Part shown: positions 30,567-40,422 of the stretch, in pieces
Position numbering within the stretch: position 1 is the first letter of the stretch
How the letters are laid out: each line of letters opens with the position of its first letter
Source: Mycobacteriales bacterium
Lineage (GTDB): Bacteria > Actinomycetota > Actinomycetes > Mycobacteriales > SCTD01
Direction: 5' to 3'
Assembly (NCBI GenBank): GCA_030447385.1
Contig: JAUJOY010000002.1
Coordinates: 450,081-514,080 of the forward strand
DNA length: 64,000 bases
Notes under the pieces: model-generated
The model's input: only the letters and a program-made list of their open reading frames with translations
The model's database searches: none
What the model was told of the DNA's origin: nothing
Position numbers and translations under genes: made by a program

Positions 30567-31661
30567 CTAGTGGTCCGGCGCCGCTGCGGGCACCACGATG
30601 GTCCGTGCACCGGTGCCCGCCTCCATGTCGGCGAAGGCCGCGTCGATGCCCTCCAGCCCGACCTGGGAGGAGATGAGGGCGCCGAGGTCGAGCTGTCCCT
30701 GCTGGGCGTAGGCCAGCAGCTTGGGGATGTCCGCGAGGGGGTCGGTGGAGCCGTAGACGCAGCCCTGCAGGGTCCGGGCGAAGTGGAACAGCTCCAGCGC
30801 GGTGAAGGTGACCTGCTGGTCCTTGCCCCCGATGCCCACGACGGTCGTGGTGCCGCCCCTGCGGGTGGCCGACCAGCAGGCCCGGATCGTGGCCGCGAGA
30901 CCCACGCAGTCGAAGGCGTGGTCGGCGCCCCGGCCGCCGGTGAGCGCCCGCACCTGCTTCGCCAGCTCGCCCCCGGCCTCGAGCACGTCCGTCGCGCCCA
31001 TCGTCCGGGCCAGCTCCAGCTTCTCAGGCGAGCGGTCCACGACGATCACCGACCCGGCGCCGACCAGGCGCGCGCCCTGCACGACCGACAGGCCGACACC
31101 TCCGAGCCCGACGACCAGAACCGACTGGCCGGCGGCCACGCTCGCGGTGTTGAGCACCGCGCCCACACCGGTCATCACCGCGCAGCCGACGAGAGCCGCC
31201 TGCTCCAGCGGAACCCCGTCCGGCACCGGGAGGACCGCCCGCTCCGAGACGAGCGTCTCCTCCGCGAAGCCCCCGGTGGACAGGCCCGGGTAGACGTCCT
31301 GCCCGTCGACGGTGGCGTACGGGGTGGTGGCCGCGTCCGACGAGCGCTCGCACAGCCACGGCTCACCCGCCGAGCAGAACCAGCACTGCCCGCACGGTGG
31401 CGCCCAGCACAGCACTACCCGGTCGCCCCGGCCGACGCTCGTGACGCCAGCCCCGACCGAGACGACGGTGCCGGCCGACTCGTGCCCCAGGACCACCGGC
31501 ATCGCCTGCCGCAGCGTGCCCCTCGCGAGGGACAGGTCGCTGTGGCAGACCCCGGTCGCGGCGATGCGCACGCGTACCTGTCCCGGTCCGGGCTCGGGCA
31601 GCTCCAGTTCCGCCAGGCGCAGGCTTCCGCCCGGGGAGGACAGGACGGCGGCTCGGACCAC
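30567..31661 (-). CDS. zinc-dependent alcohol dehydrogenase family oxidoreductase
   Basis: 364 aa with ...GVCHSDL..., ...GHESAGTVVSVG... and a GLGGVG NAD-binding motif. Confidence 0.9.
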   Translation of the reverse strand: MVRAAVLSSPGGSLRLAELELPEPGPGQVRVRIAATGVCHSDLSLARGTLRQAMPVVLGHESAGTVVSVGAGVTSVGRGDRVVLCWAPPCGQCWFCSAGEPWLCERSSDAATTPYATVDGQDVYPGLSTGGFAEETLVSERAVLPVPDGVPLEQAALVGCAVMTGVGAVLNTASVAAGQSVLVVGLGGVGLSVVQGARLVGAGSVIVVDRSPEKLELARTMGATDVLEAGGELAKQVRALTGGRGADHAFDCVGLAATIRACWSATRRGGTTTVVGIGGKDQQVTFTALELFHFARTLQGCVYGSTDPLADIPKLLAYAQQGQLDLGALISSQVGLEGIDAAFADMEAGTGARTIVVPAAAPDH

Positions 31662-31717
31662 GGGCTCTCCTCGGGCGCTCGGGCAGCGGACGGGCGGCGG
31701 TAGCGGGTGCGGCGGAC

Positions 31718-32059
31718 TCAGCGCACGGTAACGGCCTCGGCGCGGACCCTCACGTAGCCACCCAGCTGCTCCAGCTCGGCGCTGCCCTCGTCGGGTGCCA
31801 GGCCGACGCGCTCAGCGTAGCCAGGCTCCAGGCGCACAGCGGTCCCGACGAAGCTCAACCGGCTCCCGACGGTGATCCGCGTCGCCGACTCCCCGGCGGC
31901 CTCGAGCTCGACCCAGACGCGCTGTCCGGGGCCGGTCCCGACCCAGAAGCCCTCGTTGGCCGGGACGTCCTGCACCACGACGTCGGTGGCCTGCGCCGGC
32001 CCCGCCGGCAGTGGCCCGGCAGCGATCCCCGGCAGGACCGGCCGGTCGGCGATGAGCAA
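31718..32059 (-). CDS. hypothetical protein (113 aa, TTG start)
   Basis: ORF with good GC3. I recognised no motif, and no ATG/GTG/TTG start is available further upstream in frame. Confidence 0.4.
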   Translation of the reverse strand: MLIADRPVLPGIAAGPLPAGPAQATDVVVQDVPANEGFWVGTGPGQRVWVELEAAGESATRITVGSRLSFVGTAVRLEPGYAERVGLAPDEGSAELEQLGGYVRVRAEAVTVR

Positions 32060-32225
32060 GGTGGCCGCTGCGGCGCGGCCAGAACGAGCCGATCGCCCCG
32101 AACGACGCCGAGGAGAACCGCCAGCTCAACCGCCGCGCCGTCCTCACCGCACGTGGATAGCCCGCGCCTCGTCCACTGACCGCCCGTCGTCCGTTCCCAC
32201 ACCCCCGAGAAGAGAAGGACCCGCC

Positions 32226-32975
32226 ATGATCGCCCCTGACCAGCTCCGCCACCTCGCCGGCAAGACCGCCGTCGGACCGGGCGGAGAGAAGATCGGCAAG
32301 GTGGTCGACGTCTACGAGTCGACCGAAGGGCCGCAGGCCACGTTCGTGGCCGTCGCCACCGGCATGCTCGGATCCAGGGCCAGCTTCGTGCCGGTCGCGG
32401 AGGCTGATGTCCGCGGCGACACGCTCGTGCTCCCCTACCCCAAGCAGGTCGTCAAGGACGCGCCGCACATCGAGAACGACGAGGAGCTCACGGCGCCGGA
32501 GGAGGACCGGCTGTACACCCACTACCGGCTCGGCGGGTCGGCGCAGGCACCGGCAGCCGACCCCCGCCAGACCGTCGGCCACGACACCTTCGGACCGACG
32601 ACGGATGACGCGATGACCCGGTCCGAGGAGCACCTGCAGGTCGGCACGCAGCGGGTGGAGTCAGGCCGCGCCCGGCTGCGCAAGTACGTGACCACGCACA
32701 CCGAGACCGTGCAGGTCCCCGTGCGCCGGGAGCAGGTCACCCTCTCGCGCGAGCCGATCGACGAGACCAACGCGCCACAGGCCATGGACGGCCCCGCGAT
32801 CTCCGAGGAGGAGCACGAGATCGTGCTCACCGAGGAGCGACCGGTGGTGGCGAAGGAGGCCGTACCGGTCGAGCGCGTGCGCCTGGGCACCGAGCAGGTG
32901 ACCGAGCAGGTCACCGTCTCGGAGGATGTCCGGAAGGAGCAGATCGACATCGAGGGCGTCGTCCAGAAGGGCTGA
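32226..32975 (+). CDS. PRC-barrel plus DUF2382 (YsnF/AvaK-like) stress-associated protein
   Basis: MIAPDQLRHLAGKTAVGPGGEKIGKVVDVY... is PRC-barrel-like. ...EEHLQVGTQRVESGRARLRKYVTTHTETVQVPVRREQV...EERPVVAKEAVPVERVRL... carries DUF2382-type repeats. GAGAAGGA precedes ATG 32226. Confidence 0.75.
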   Translation: MIAPDQLRHLAGKTAVGPGGEKIGKVVDVYESTEGPQATFVAVATGMLGSRASFVPVAEADVRGDTLVLPYPKQVVKDAPHIENDEELTAPEEDRLYTHYRLGGSAQAPAADPRQTVGHDTFGPTTDDAMTRSEEHLQVGTQRVESGRARLRKYVTTHTETVQVPVRREQVTLSREPIDETNAPQAMDGPAISEEEHEIVLTEERPVVAKEAVPVERVRLGTEQVTEQVTVSEDVRKEQIDIEGVVQKG

Positions 32976-33026
32976 GCCGCTCCGAGCAGCAGCCCCGACC
33001 TCCCGTCACCCGGGCACAATGCCCGG

Positions 33027-33890
33027 GTGACGGTGGTCTGGGCCGGGGACTTCCCGGACCCGTTCGTGCTGCGGGTGGGCTCGTCCTACCTCGCCTTCGC
33101 GACCGAGACGGCAGGGATCGACGTCCAGGTGATGGCCTCACCGGACCTGCGGACGTGGACCCATCTCGGCAACGCGCTCGCCGCCGTGCCGCCATGGGCC
33201 GAGCGTGGCCACACCTGGTCGCCGGCGGTGCTCGAGCGCGCGCACGGCTTCGTCCTCTACTACGCCACGCGCCTCGCCTCCGAGGGCCGTCAGGCGCTGT
33301 CGGTCGCGGTCGCGGACCGTCCCGAGGGGCCCTACGTCGACCGCACGTCCGCCCCGCTCGTCTACCAGCGCACGCGGGGCGGCTCGATCGACCCGGACAC
33401 GTTCGTCGACGACGACGGCCGGGCGTACCTCGTCTGGAAGAGCGAGGACAACGCCTTCGGGGGCCGCACCTGGATGTGGGTGCGGGAGCTGACGCTGGAC
33501 GGGCTCGGCTTCTCGGGCCGGCCGGTGCGCATCCGTCGGCCGGCCTCGACGTGGGAGCGGACACTCGTCGAGGCGCCGTGCCTGTTCCGGGTCGGCTCGC
33601 AGGTGCACCTGCTGTTCAGCGGCGGGCGCTGGGACACCCCGGAGTACGGCGTCGGGCACGCCGTCGGGCCGGGCGCGACCGGCCCCTTCCTCGTCACCAC
33701 GCGGTCCGGTCCCTGGCTGTCCGGCCCGCACGGGCCCGGTGGCCAGTCGGTCGTCACGGACCCCTTCGGCGGCCTGCACCTGGCCTACCACGGCTGGCTG
33801 GACGGAGTGCACGGGTACGGGCGCGGGGGCGTCCGCGCGCTGCACGTCGACCCGCTCGACGTGTCCGAGGGCACCCCCCGGCTGCGCTGA
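33027..33890 (+). CDS. glycoside hydrolase family 43-like protein
   Basis: ...GDFPDPFVLRVGSSYLAFAT..., ...GGSIDPDTFVDDDGRAYLVWK... and ...VEAPCLF... match the GH43 five-bladed propeller catalytic Asp/Asp/Glu contexts. Confidence 0.7.
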   Translation: MTVVWAGDFPDPFVLRVGSSYLAFATETAGIDVQVMASPDLRTWTHLGNALAAVPPWAERGHTWSPAVLERAHGFVLYYATRLASEGRQALSVAVADRPEGPYVDRTSAPLVYQRTRGGSIDPDTFVDDDGRAYLVWKSEDNAFGGRTWMWVRELTLDGLGFSGRPVRIRRPASTWERTLVEAPCLFRVGSQVHLLFSGGRWDTPEYGVGHAVGPGATGPFLVTTRSGPWLSGPHGPGGQSVVTDPFGGLHLAYHGWLDGVHGYGRGGVRALHVDPLDVSEGTPRLR

Positions 33891-33947
33891 CCTGCGGCGG
33901 GACCGAGGCCCCTGTCGGGACGGGAAGTCACGTCGTACCGTCCATTC

Positions 33948-35483
33948 ATGAAGATTCCCTTCGGCACCAGCGACTTCCTCGAGCGGGCGGAGCAGTGCTA
34001 CCCGCACCGCACCGGCGTCGTCGACGAGCCGGCACCAGCCCAGGACGGTGGGCTCGGCCGCCTGACCTACCGCGACATGGCCGAACGCGCTCGCGCCCTG
34101 GCCGCCGGCCTGGACGCCCGCGGGATCGGCACCGGCGAGCGGGTGGCCATCGTCAGCCACAACAGCGCCCGGCTGCTCGAGTCCTTCTTCGGCGTGACGA
34201 GCTGGGGCCGGGTGCTCGTGCCGATCAATTTCCGGCTGTCGCGCGACGAGGTGGCCTACATCGTCGAGCACAGCGGGGCGCGCATGCTGCTGGTCGATCC
34301 CGAGATCGACGAGGTGCTCGCGGACGTGACCGCCGAGCACCGCCTCGTGCTCGGCAAGAGCACCGATGACGTGCTGCTGCGCCACGGCGCTGCACCGCAG
34401 CCGTGGGCGGACCCGGACGAGGACGCCACGGCGACGATCAACTACACCTCGGGGACGACCGCGCGACCCAAGGGCGTGCAGATCACGCACCGCAACATCT
34501 GGGTCGATGCGGTGACGTTCGCGCTGCACGCCGGCGTCACGGACCGGGACGTCTACCTGCACACGCTGCCGATGTTCCACGCGAACGGCTGGGGGATGCC
34601 GTTCGCCCTGACCGGCCTCGGCGTCCCCCAGGTGGTGATCCGCAAGATCGACGGCGCCGAGATCCTGCGTCGCGTGCAGGCGCACGGCGTCACGCTGCTG
34701 TGTGCGGCGCCGGCCGTGGTCGCCGCCGTCCTGGACGCGGCGCAGGGCTGGGAGGGGGAGGTCCCCGGCCGCGGCACCACCCGTGTGGTGTGCGCCGGGG
34801 CACCGCCGCCGAGCCGCACCATCGCGCGGATCGAGGCCGAGCTGGGCTGGGAGTTCCTGCAGATCTACGGGCTGACCGAGACCTCGCCGCTGCTCACGGT
34901 CAACCGCCGCCGCGCGGAGGAGGACGACCTGGAGCCCGAGGAGGCCGCCCGGCGGCTGGCCCGGGCCGGGATGCCGGCCCTCGGCACCCGCCTGGCGATC
35001 AGCGACGTGGGGGAGGTGCTGGCCCGCAGCAACGTCGTGATGGAGGGCTACTGGCGGCAGCCGGAGGCCACGGCGCAGGCGCTGGAAGGCGGCTGGTTCC
35101 ACAGCGGTGACGGCGGGACGATCGACGACGAGGGCTACCTGTCGATCAGCGACCGCAAGAAGGACGTCATCATCACCGGCGGCGAGAACGTCTCCTCCAT
35201 CGAGGTGGAGGACTGCCTGTTCAGCCACCCGGCGGTGGCCGAGGTCGCCGTCATCGGGGTCCCGAGCGAGAAGTGGGGCGAGACCGTCAAGGCCCTCGTC
35301 GTGCTGTCCGGCCCGGCCACGGAGGCCGAGCTGATCGCCCACTGCAAGAGCCGGCTCGCGGGCTACAAGGCGCCGACGTCGGTCGAGGTGCGCGACGCCA
35401 TCCCGCGTACGGCGACCGGCAAGGTGCAGAAGTTCAAGCTGCGCGAGCAGTACTGGCAGGGCAGGGACCGCCAGGTGAACTGA
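33948..35483 (+). CDS. AMP-dependent acyl-CoA synthetase/ligase
   Basis: 511 aa with ...INYTSGTTARPKGV... (AMP-binding P-loop), ...QIYGLTETS... and ...GWFHSGDGG...DRKKDVIITGGENVSS.... Confidence 0.9.
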   Translation: MKIPFGTSDFLERAEQCYPHRTGVVDEPAPAQDGGLGRLTYRDMAERARALAAGLDARGIGTGERVAIVSHNSARLLESFFGVTSWGRVLVPINFRLSRDEVAYIVEHSGARMLLVDPEIDEVLADVTAEHRLVLGKSTDDVLLRHGAAPQPWADPDEDATATINYTSGTTARPKGVQITHRNIWVDAVTFALHAGVTDRDVYLHTLPMFHANGWGMPFALTGLGVPQVVIRKIDGAEILRRVQAHGVTLLCAAPAVVAAVLDAAQGWEGEVPGRGTTRVVCAGAPPPSRTIARIEAELGWEFLQIYGLTETSPLLTVNRRRAEEDDLEPEEAARRLARAGMPALGTRLAISDVGEVLARSNVVMEGYWRQPEATAQALEGGWFHSGDGGTIDDEGYLSISDRKKDVIITGGENVSSIEVEDCLFSHPAVAEVAVIGVPSEKWGETVKALVVLSGPATEAELIAHCKSRLAGYKAPTSVEVRDAIPRTATGKVQKFKLREQYWQGRDRQVN

Positions 35484-35522
35484 CGGGCTTCGTCGGGTCG
35501 GGGGTGGGGGAGGTCCGTTGCC

Positions 35523-35822
35523 ATGACCTCACCTGGAGACAACACGCGAACGGATTCCGGCGTCGGCAGCACCGACCCCGCGACCGACCCCCAGGGCGTA
35601 CGCGGGGGCAGCGCCGACCGCATGGACCCGGGTCCGCCCGGCGGCGTGCCCTCCGGCGCGGACGGCGAGACCGGTGCGCGGGAGGAGCTGCGCAGGAAGC
35701 TCGGGGAGCGCCCGGCCGGCGCCGGCACGGAGGGCGGTGGCGACCTGGAGCAGGCCGCGGCGATCGGGGAGACCGACGACCCGCAGGGCGGCTCCATCCA
35801 GGAGCACGGCGGCAAGGGGTAG
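35523..35822 (+). CDS. small hydrophilic Gly/Asp/Pro-rich hypothetical protein (99 aa)
   Basis: High GC3 by eye across the ORF, and GGGGGAGG lies about 10 nt upstream. The protein is predicted to be disordered. I recognised no family. Confidence 0.4.
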   Translation: MTSPGDNTRTDSGVGSTDPATDPQGVRGGSADRMDPGPPGGVPSGADGETGAREELRRKLGERPAGAGTEGGGDLEQAAAIGETDDPQGGSIQEHGGKG

Positions 35823-35830
35823 GCGCGCCG

Positions 35831-36367
35831 GTGACGAGGTGGGTCGTCCTGCTGCGGGGCGTCAACGTCGGCAAGCACCACCGCATCTCGATGACCACCT
35901 TCCGCGACGTGCTCGCCTCGGTGGGCTGCACGGACGTGCGGACCTACCTGCAGAGCGGGAACGCCGTCGTCGGGTGGGAGGGCGGGGAGGACCGGCTCGC
36001 GGATGCCGTCCGCGGCGAGCTCGAGCGCTCGGCCGGCCTGTCGGTGCTCGTGATGGTGCGCAGCGGCGCGGAGCTTGCGGCCGTCGTGGAGGCCAACCCC
36101 TACGCCGCGGAGTGCTTCGACCCCAAGCTGCTGCACGTCGCCTTCCTGAGCGGGCCCCCTGACCCGCAGCGGCTGGCTGCGGTGGACCACGACGCCCTGC
36201 TGCCGGACCGCCTGGCGGTGGGGGACCGGGCCGTGTACCTGCGCTACGCGAGCGGGTCGCAGGGATCTGCGCTGGCCAGGCTCCGCCTCGGTGTGGACAC
36301 CACCGCGCGCAACTGGACGACGGTCACGGCGCTTCGCGACCTGGCCGGAGCCGCCCGCTCCGGGTGA
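35831..36367 (+). CDS. DUF1697 domain protein
   Basis: VTRWVVLLRGVNVGKHHRISMTTFRDVL...YLQSGNAV... is the characteristic DUF1697 N-terminus. GTG 35831 lies within track ORF 35273..36367. Confidence 0.7.
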   Translation: MTRWVVLLRGVNVGKHHRISMTTFRDVLASVGCTDVRTYLQSGNAVVGWEGGEDRLADAVRGELERSAGLSVLVMVRSGAELAAVVEANPYAAECFDPKLLHVAFLSGPPDPQRLAAVDHDALLPDRLAVGDRAVYLRYASGSQGSALARLRLGVDTTARNWTTVTALRDLAGAARSG

Positions 36368-36422
36368 CCGGGCCCGCCTTCCTGCGTCGCGCCGTTTCGT
36401 GTCGGGGCTCGTATCCTGTGGT

Positions 36423-37670
36423 GTGACCTCCGCGCCGGCTCTCGCGCTGCTCACGGCCCGGACCGCCCGGATCGCCGACCCGGGACCGCTGCTCGACCTG
36501 CTGCCGGACGCCGGCGCACTGGCCTGGGTCACGGGGTCCGAAGGCCTTGTCGGCTGGGGTGAGGCGGCTCGGGTCGACCTCAAGGGTCCGGACCGCTTCG
36601 CGCAGGCTGAGGTCTGGTGGCGCGACCTTCTCGAGGGCGCGGACGTCGTCGACGAGGTGGGTGTGCCGGGCTCCGGGCTGCTGGCCTTCGGGTCGTTCAC
36701 CTTCGACGCCAGCACCGGATCCTCGGTGCTGGTCGTGCCGGAGGTCGTCGTGGGGCACCGGGAGGGCACGTGGTGGCGCACGACGGTGACGGCGGACGGC
36801 GGCCCGGCGCGGCAGCCGAGCAGGTCCGAGGTGCGCCCGCCCGGGACCGTGCGGTTCGCGGACGGCGCCCTCAGCAGCGCGGCCTGGGCCCGGGTGGTCG
36901 ACGACGCCGTACGCCGCATCGCCGCCGGCCAGGTGGGCAAGGTGGTCCTGGCTCTCGACCTGGAGGCCTGCCTCGAGAAGCCGCTCGACGTGCGCTGGCC
37001 GCTGGCCCGCCTGGCGGCGGACTACCCGGGCTGCCGGACGTTCGCGGTTGAGGGGTTGCTCGGCGCTACTCCCGAGGTGCTCGTCCGGCTGGAGAAGGGC
37101 GTGGCCACCAGCCGGGTCCTCGCCGGGACGATCCGCCGCAGCGGCGACGCGGGCCGTGACGTCCTGGAGGCCGCGTCGCTGGCCCGGTCGAGCAAGGACC
37201 TCGAGGAGCACGAGTACGCCGTGCGCTCCGTGGCCGAGGCCCTCACCCGGCACTGCGGCGGATCGGTGGACGTCCCGCCGGAGCCGTTCGTGCTGCACCT
37301 GCCCAACGTCATGCACCTCGCGACGGACGTCACGGGCGCGGTGACCGATGGCTCGACCTCCCTCGGCCTGGTGTCCTCCCTGCACCCGTCGGCGGCCGTG
37401 TGCGGCACACCGACAGACGCCGCGATGGACCTGATCCGCGAGCTCGAGGGCATGGACCGCGGGCGCTACGCCGGTCCGGTCGGCTGGATCGACTCGACCG
37501 GCGACGGCGAGTGGGGGATCGCGCTGCGCTGCGCCGAGGTCGACCGGGACGACCCTCGCCGGCTGCGGCTGTTCGCCGGGTGCGGGATCGTCGCCGGCTC
37601 GAAGTCGCAGGAGGAGCTGGCGGAGAGCGTTGCCAAGCTGGTTCCGATGCGGGACGCGCTGCACTCCTGA
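36423..37670 (+). CDS. menF: isochorismate synthase
   Basis: ...AGTIRRSGD..., ...DLEEHEYAVRSV..., ...LHPSAAVCGTP... and ...RGRYAGPVGWID...GEWGIALRCA... are chorismate-binding enzyme motifs. I moved the start to GTG 36423. Confidence 0.85.
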   Translation: MTSAPALALLTARTARIADPGPLLDLLPDAGALAWVTGSEGLVGWGEAARVDLKGPDRFAQAEVWWRDLLEGADVVDEVGVPGSGLLAFGSFTFDASTGSSVLVVPEVVVGHREGTWWRTTVTADGGPARQPSRSEVRPPGTVRFADGALSSAAWARVVDDAVRRIAAGQVGKVVLALDLEACLEKPLDVRWPLARLAADYPGCRTFAVEGLLGATPEVLVRLEKGVATSRVLAGTIRRSGDAGRDVLEAASLARSSKDLEEHEYAVRSVAEALTRHCGGSVDVPPEPFVLHLPNVMHLATDVTGAVTDGSTSLGLVSSLHPSAAVCGTPTDAAMDLIRELEGMDRGRYAGPVGWIDSTGDGEWGIALRCAEVDRDDPRRLRLFAGCGIVAGSKSQEELAESVAKLVPMRDALHS

Positions 37671-37705
37671 CGGGCAGCGCCGGACGAGGCCTCCTCAGCC
37701 CGGCC

Positions 37706-39388
37706 TCACCACTGCAGCGCCTCGGCCACGGCGGCGCGCAACCGGTGGTCGAGGTCGACGGCCGCGTGGCGGTCGGTGCGCACCTCGACGACGCCCATCC
37801 CGGGGGACGGCGCCAGCGCCGCGCGCAGCTGCGGGCGGGTCTCGACCAGCGCGTGGCGGGTGCCCGTGGCGGCGCACAGGGCACCCAGGTCGACGCCGTG
37901 CGGGGTGCCGAACAGTCGCTCGAACATCGGCGCGTAGTCGACCTTGCCCGGCTCCAGCAGCCCGAAGAGGGCGCCGCCGTCGTTGTTGACCACCACGATC
38001 GTGAGGTCCGGTCGCGGTTCGTCCCGGCCGAGGACGAGGCCGTTCGCGTCGTGCAGGAAGCTCAGGTCGCCGAGCAGCGCGTAAGCGTGGCCGCCGCCGC
38101 ACGCCTGATGCGCCAGGGCCGCACCCACCGCGCTCGACACCAGCCCGTCGATGCCCGCGGCGCCGCGGTTGGCGAGCACCCTCGTACCCGGTCGGGGCCT
38201 GGCGAGGAACAGGTCGCGTACCGGCTTGGACGAGCCGACGAACAACAGGCTCGGCGCCGCCTCGACCACCTCGGTGGCGACAGCCGGTTCGGAGAGGTCA
38301 GAACCGACGACGCCGTCGACGGCGAGGCGCGCCAGCACCCCGGCCGTCTGCCAGGTGTCGAGCCAGGTGTTGTCGAACGCCCCGAACTTCCCACCCGGGA
38401 CCGGTACGCCCGGCAGCACCCTCGCCGCGGTGCGCGAGGTGTCCGGCCAGCCGTCGACGCTGCCGACGACATCCGTCGGCGAACCGGCGATCAGGGCCCC
38501 CACGGCGCGGCTGAGGGTCGGCCGTCCGACGACGAGGACGCGCTCAGGGCGGTGCGCGTCCAGGAAGCCGGGCGAGCCCAGGACGAGCTCGGGGAGGTCG
38601 ACCACGCTGTGCGCGACATGCGCGCCTGCGCTCGGCTCGCAGATGACCGGGAAGTCGCGGACATGCGCGAGCTCCAGAGCCGCGATGGCCGGCCCTGGCG
38701 GGCCGTCGCCGAGCACGACGACGGTACGCAGCGGCAGGTCGTCCGGCGGGGGAGCGACCTCGACGCTCCGGACCCGGGCTGTCCACGGCTCGCCGTCCGG
38801 CCGGCCCTCGAGGCCCTCGCACCACGGGTCGTCCGCGCCTGGTACCAGCGGCTCGCGGAACCCGAGGTTGAGGTGGACGGGCCCCGGCGCTCCGCCCAGA
38901 TCCCCCGACACCGCGGCGAGCACGCGGCAGCACAGCGACCGCCAGTACGCGTTGTCGCCGGCACGCTGCCCGGGCGTCCCCACCTCCGCGAACAGCCGCA
39001 CCGCCCCCCGGTACAGGTGGACCTGGTCGACGCTCTGGTTGGCGCCCGTCCCGCGCAGCTCGGGCGGGCGGTCGGCGGTCAGCACGAGCAGCGGGACGTG
39101 CGCGTACGACGCCTCGAGCACCGCCGGGTGGAGGTTGGCCGTCGCGGTGCCGGACGTCGTGACGACCGGCACCGGCCGGCCGGATGCCTTGGCCAGCCCG
39201 AGCGCGAGGAACGCGGCGGACCGCTCGTCGATGCGTACGTGCAGGCGAAGCCGACCGGCCCGATCCGCGGCGTGCAGCGCGAACGCGAGCGGCGCGGACC
39301 TCGAGCCGGGGGAGAGGACCGCTTCGCGTACCCCGCCGCGCACCAGCTCGTCGACCAGGACCTCGGCGAGGGCGGTGGAGGGGTTCAT
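37706..39388 (-). CDS. menD: 2-succinyl-5-enolpyruvyl-6-hydroxy-3-cyclohexene-1-carboxylate (SEPHCHC) synthase
   Basis: MNPSTALAEVLVDELVRGGVREAVLSPGSRSAPLA... is a ThDP enzyme N-terminus. ...GDLSFLHDANGL... is the ThDP-binding motif. I set the start at ATG 39388. Confidence 0.9.
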   Translation of the reverse strand: MNPSTALAEVLVDELVRGGVREAVLSPGSRSAPLAFALHAADRAGRLRLHVRIDERSAAFLALGLAKASGRPVPVVTTSGTATANLHPAVLEASYAHVPLLVLTADRPPELRGTGANQSVDQVHLYRGAVRLFAEVGTPGQRAGDNAYWRSLCCRVLAAVSGDLGGAPGPVHLNLGFREPLVPGADDPWCEGLEGRPDGEPWTARVRSVEVAPPPDDLPLRTVVVLGDGPPGPAIAALELAHVRDFPVICEPSAGAHVAHSVVDLPELVLGSPGFLDAHRPERVLVVGRPTLSRAVGALIAGSPTDVVGSVDGWPDTSRTAARVLPGVPVPGGKFGAFDNTWLDTWQTAGVLARLAVDGVVGSDLSEPAVATEVVEAAPSLLFVGSSKPVRDLFLARPRPGTRVLANRGAAGIDGLVSSAVGAALAHQACGGGHAYALLGDLSFLHDANGLVLGRDEPRPDLTIVVVNNDGGALFGLLEPGKVDYAPMFERLFGTPHGVDLGALCAATGTRHALVETRPQLRAALAPSPGMGVVEVRTDRHAAVDLDHRLRAAVAEALQW

Positions 39389-40398
39389 GCCCGCGAGTCT
39401 GTCGCAGCCGCAGCGAGAACCGCGCGGCAGCGGCGCAGCCGCTCCAGCCACCACAGCCGCCGGTCGGGCGGAGCACCGAAGGACGCCAGCAGCTCCGGGT
39501 CAGCCGCCAGCGCAGCGACCGGCATCCGGCCGTGCACCGGCAGCAGCGGTGCGCGCACGACGTCCCCCGACAGAAGGGCCGCCGTGCCGAGCCCGCAGGC
39601 GTACGGCAGGTCCGGAAGGGCTGCCGCCAGGGCGAGGCCGGCGCGGATGCCGATCGAGGTGTCGAGGGCGCTGGAGACGACGACCGGCAGGCCGCACCGC
39701 CGCGCGATGTCCAGGGCCGCCCGCACCCCGCCGAGCGGCGCCACCTTCAGCACCAGGACGTCCGCCGCCCCGGCGAGGACCACGCGCGCCGGGTCGGCTG
39801 CCTTGCGCACGCTCTCGTCGGCGGCCACGAGCACCCCCAGCCCGGCCACCAGGGTGCGCAGGGCGGCCAGCTCCTCGATGCTGGCGCAGGGCTGCTCGGC
39901 GTACTCCAGGTCGTAGGCCGCGAGGGCCGTCAGGCAGCGCAGCGCCTCCTCCACCGACCATCCGCCGTTGGCGTCGACGCGGATGCGTCCCGCCGGCCCG
40001 AGCACCGAGCGCACCTCCGACACCCTGGCCACGTCGTCGCCCAGCGTCTGACCAGGCTCGGCCACCTTCACCTTCGCGGTCGTGCAGCCGGGGAAGGCCG
40101 CCAGCACCCCTGCCACCTGTCCCGGGCCGACGGCCGGCACCGTCGCGTTCACCGCAACCGCGCTGCGCACCGCGGGCGGCCAGCCGACGAAGGCCGCCTC
40201 GACCGCGGCCCCCAGCCAGCGCGCGGACTCGCCGTCGTCGTACTCCAGGAAGGCGGAGAACTCGCCCCAGCCGGCCGGGCCGCGCAGCAGCAGGGCCTCG
40301 CGTACGAGCACCCCCCGGAAGGGGATGCGCATGGGGATGCTGACGACGTGCACGTCCGCGCGCAGCTCGTCCCACGAGGGCAGACCGGCGGCTCCCAC
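39385..40398 (-). CDS. menC: o-succinylbenzoate synthase (enolase superfamily)
   Basis: This is the C-terminal 337 codons of track ORF 39385..41412. It has ...KVKVAEPGQ..., ...RVDANGGWS..., ...LEYAEQPC... and ...ADESV... metal-ligand contexts. GTG 40398 is preceded by GAGGAGG. The stop overlaps the menD ATG. Confidence 0.85.
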   Translation of the reverse strand: MGAAGLPSWDELRADVHVVSIPMRIPFRGVLVREALLLRGPAGWGEFSAFLEYDDGESARWLGAAVEAAFVGWPPAVRSAVAVNATVPAVGPGQVAGVLAAFPGCTTAKVKVAEPGQTLGDDVARVSEVRSVLGPAGRIRVDANGGWSVEEALRCLTALAAYDLEYAEQPCASIEELAALRTLVAGLGVLVAADESVRKAADPARVVLAGAADVLVLKVAPLGGVRAALDIARRCGLPVVVSSALDTSIGIRAGLALAAALPDLPYACGLGTAALLSGDVVRAPLLPVHGRMPVAALAADPELLASFGAPPDRRLWWLERLRRCRAVLAAAATDSRA

Positions 40399-40410
40399 GG
40401 ACCTCCTCAG

Positions 40411-40416
40411 TAGGCT
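40411..40416 (+). promoter_or_regulatory. -10-like hexamer TAGGCT, 6 nt upstream of the menB ATG (candidate leaderless promoter)
   Basis: Same hexamer and same spacing as at ctaB. Only 24 bp separate the divergent menC and menB start codons, and that space also holds the menC SD. Confidence 0.4.
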
Positions 40417-40422
40417 CGAACC

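Noticed and set aside
33138-35342. 734-aa minus-strand ORF. Similar long antisense ORFs are 48001..50382 (793 aa), 39385..41412 upstream part, 24053..26377 (774 aa), 8944..11106 (720 aa) and 37400..39916 (838 aa).
   Set aside because: Each lies antisense to a gene with clear family motifs (acyl-CoA ligase/GH43, fdhA, menB, ABC exporter, sufB/sufD, menD). Their translations are low-complexity Arg/Gly/Val/Asp-rich with no motifs, so they are classic shadow ORFs.
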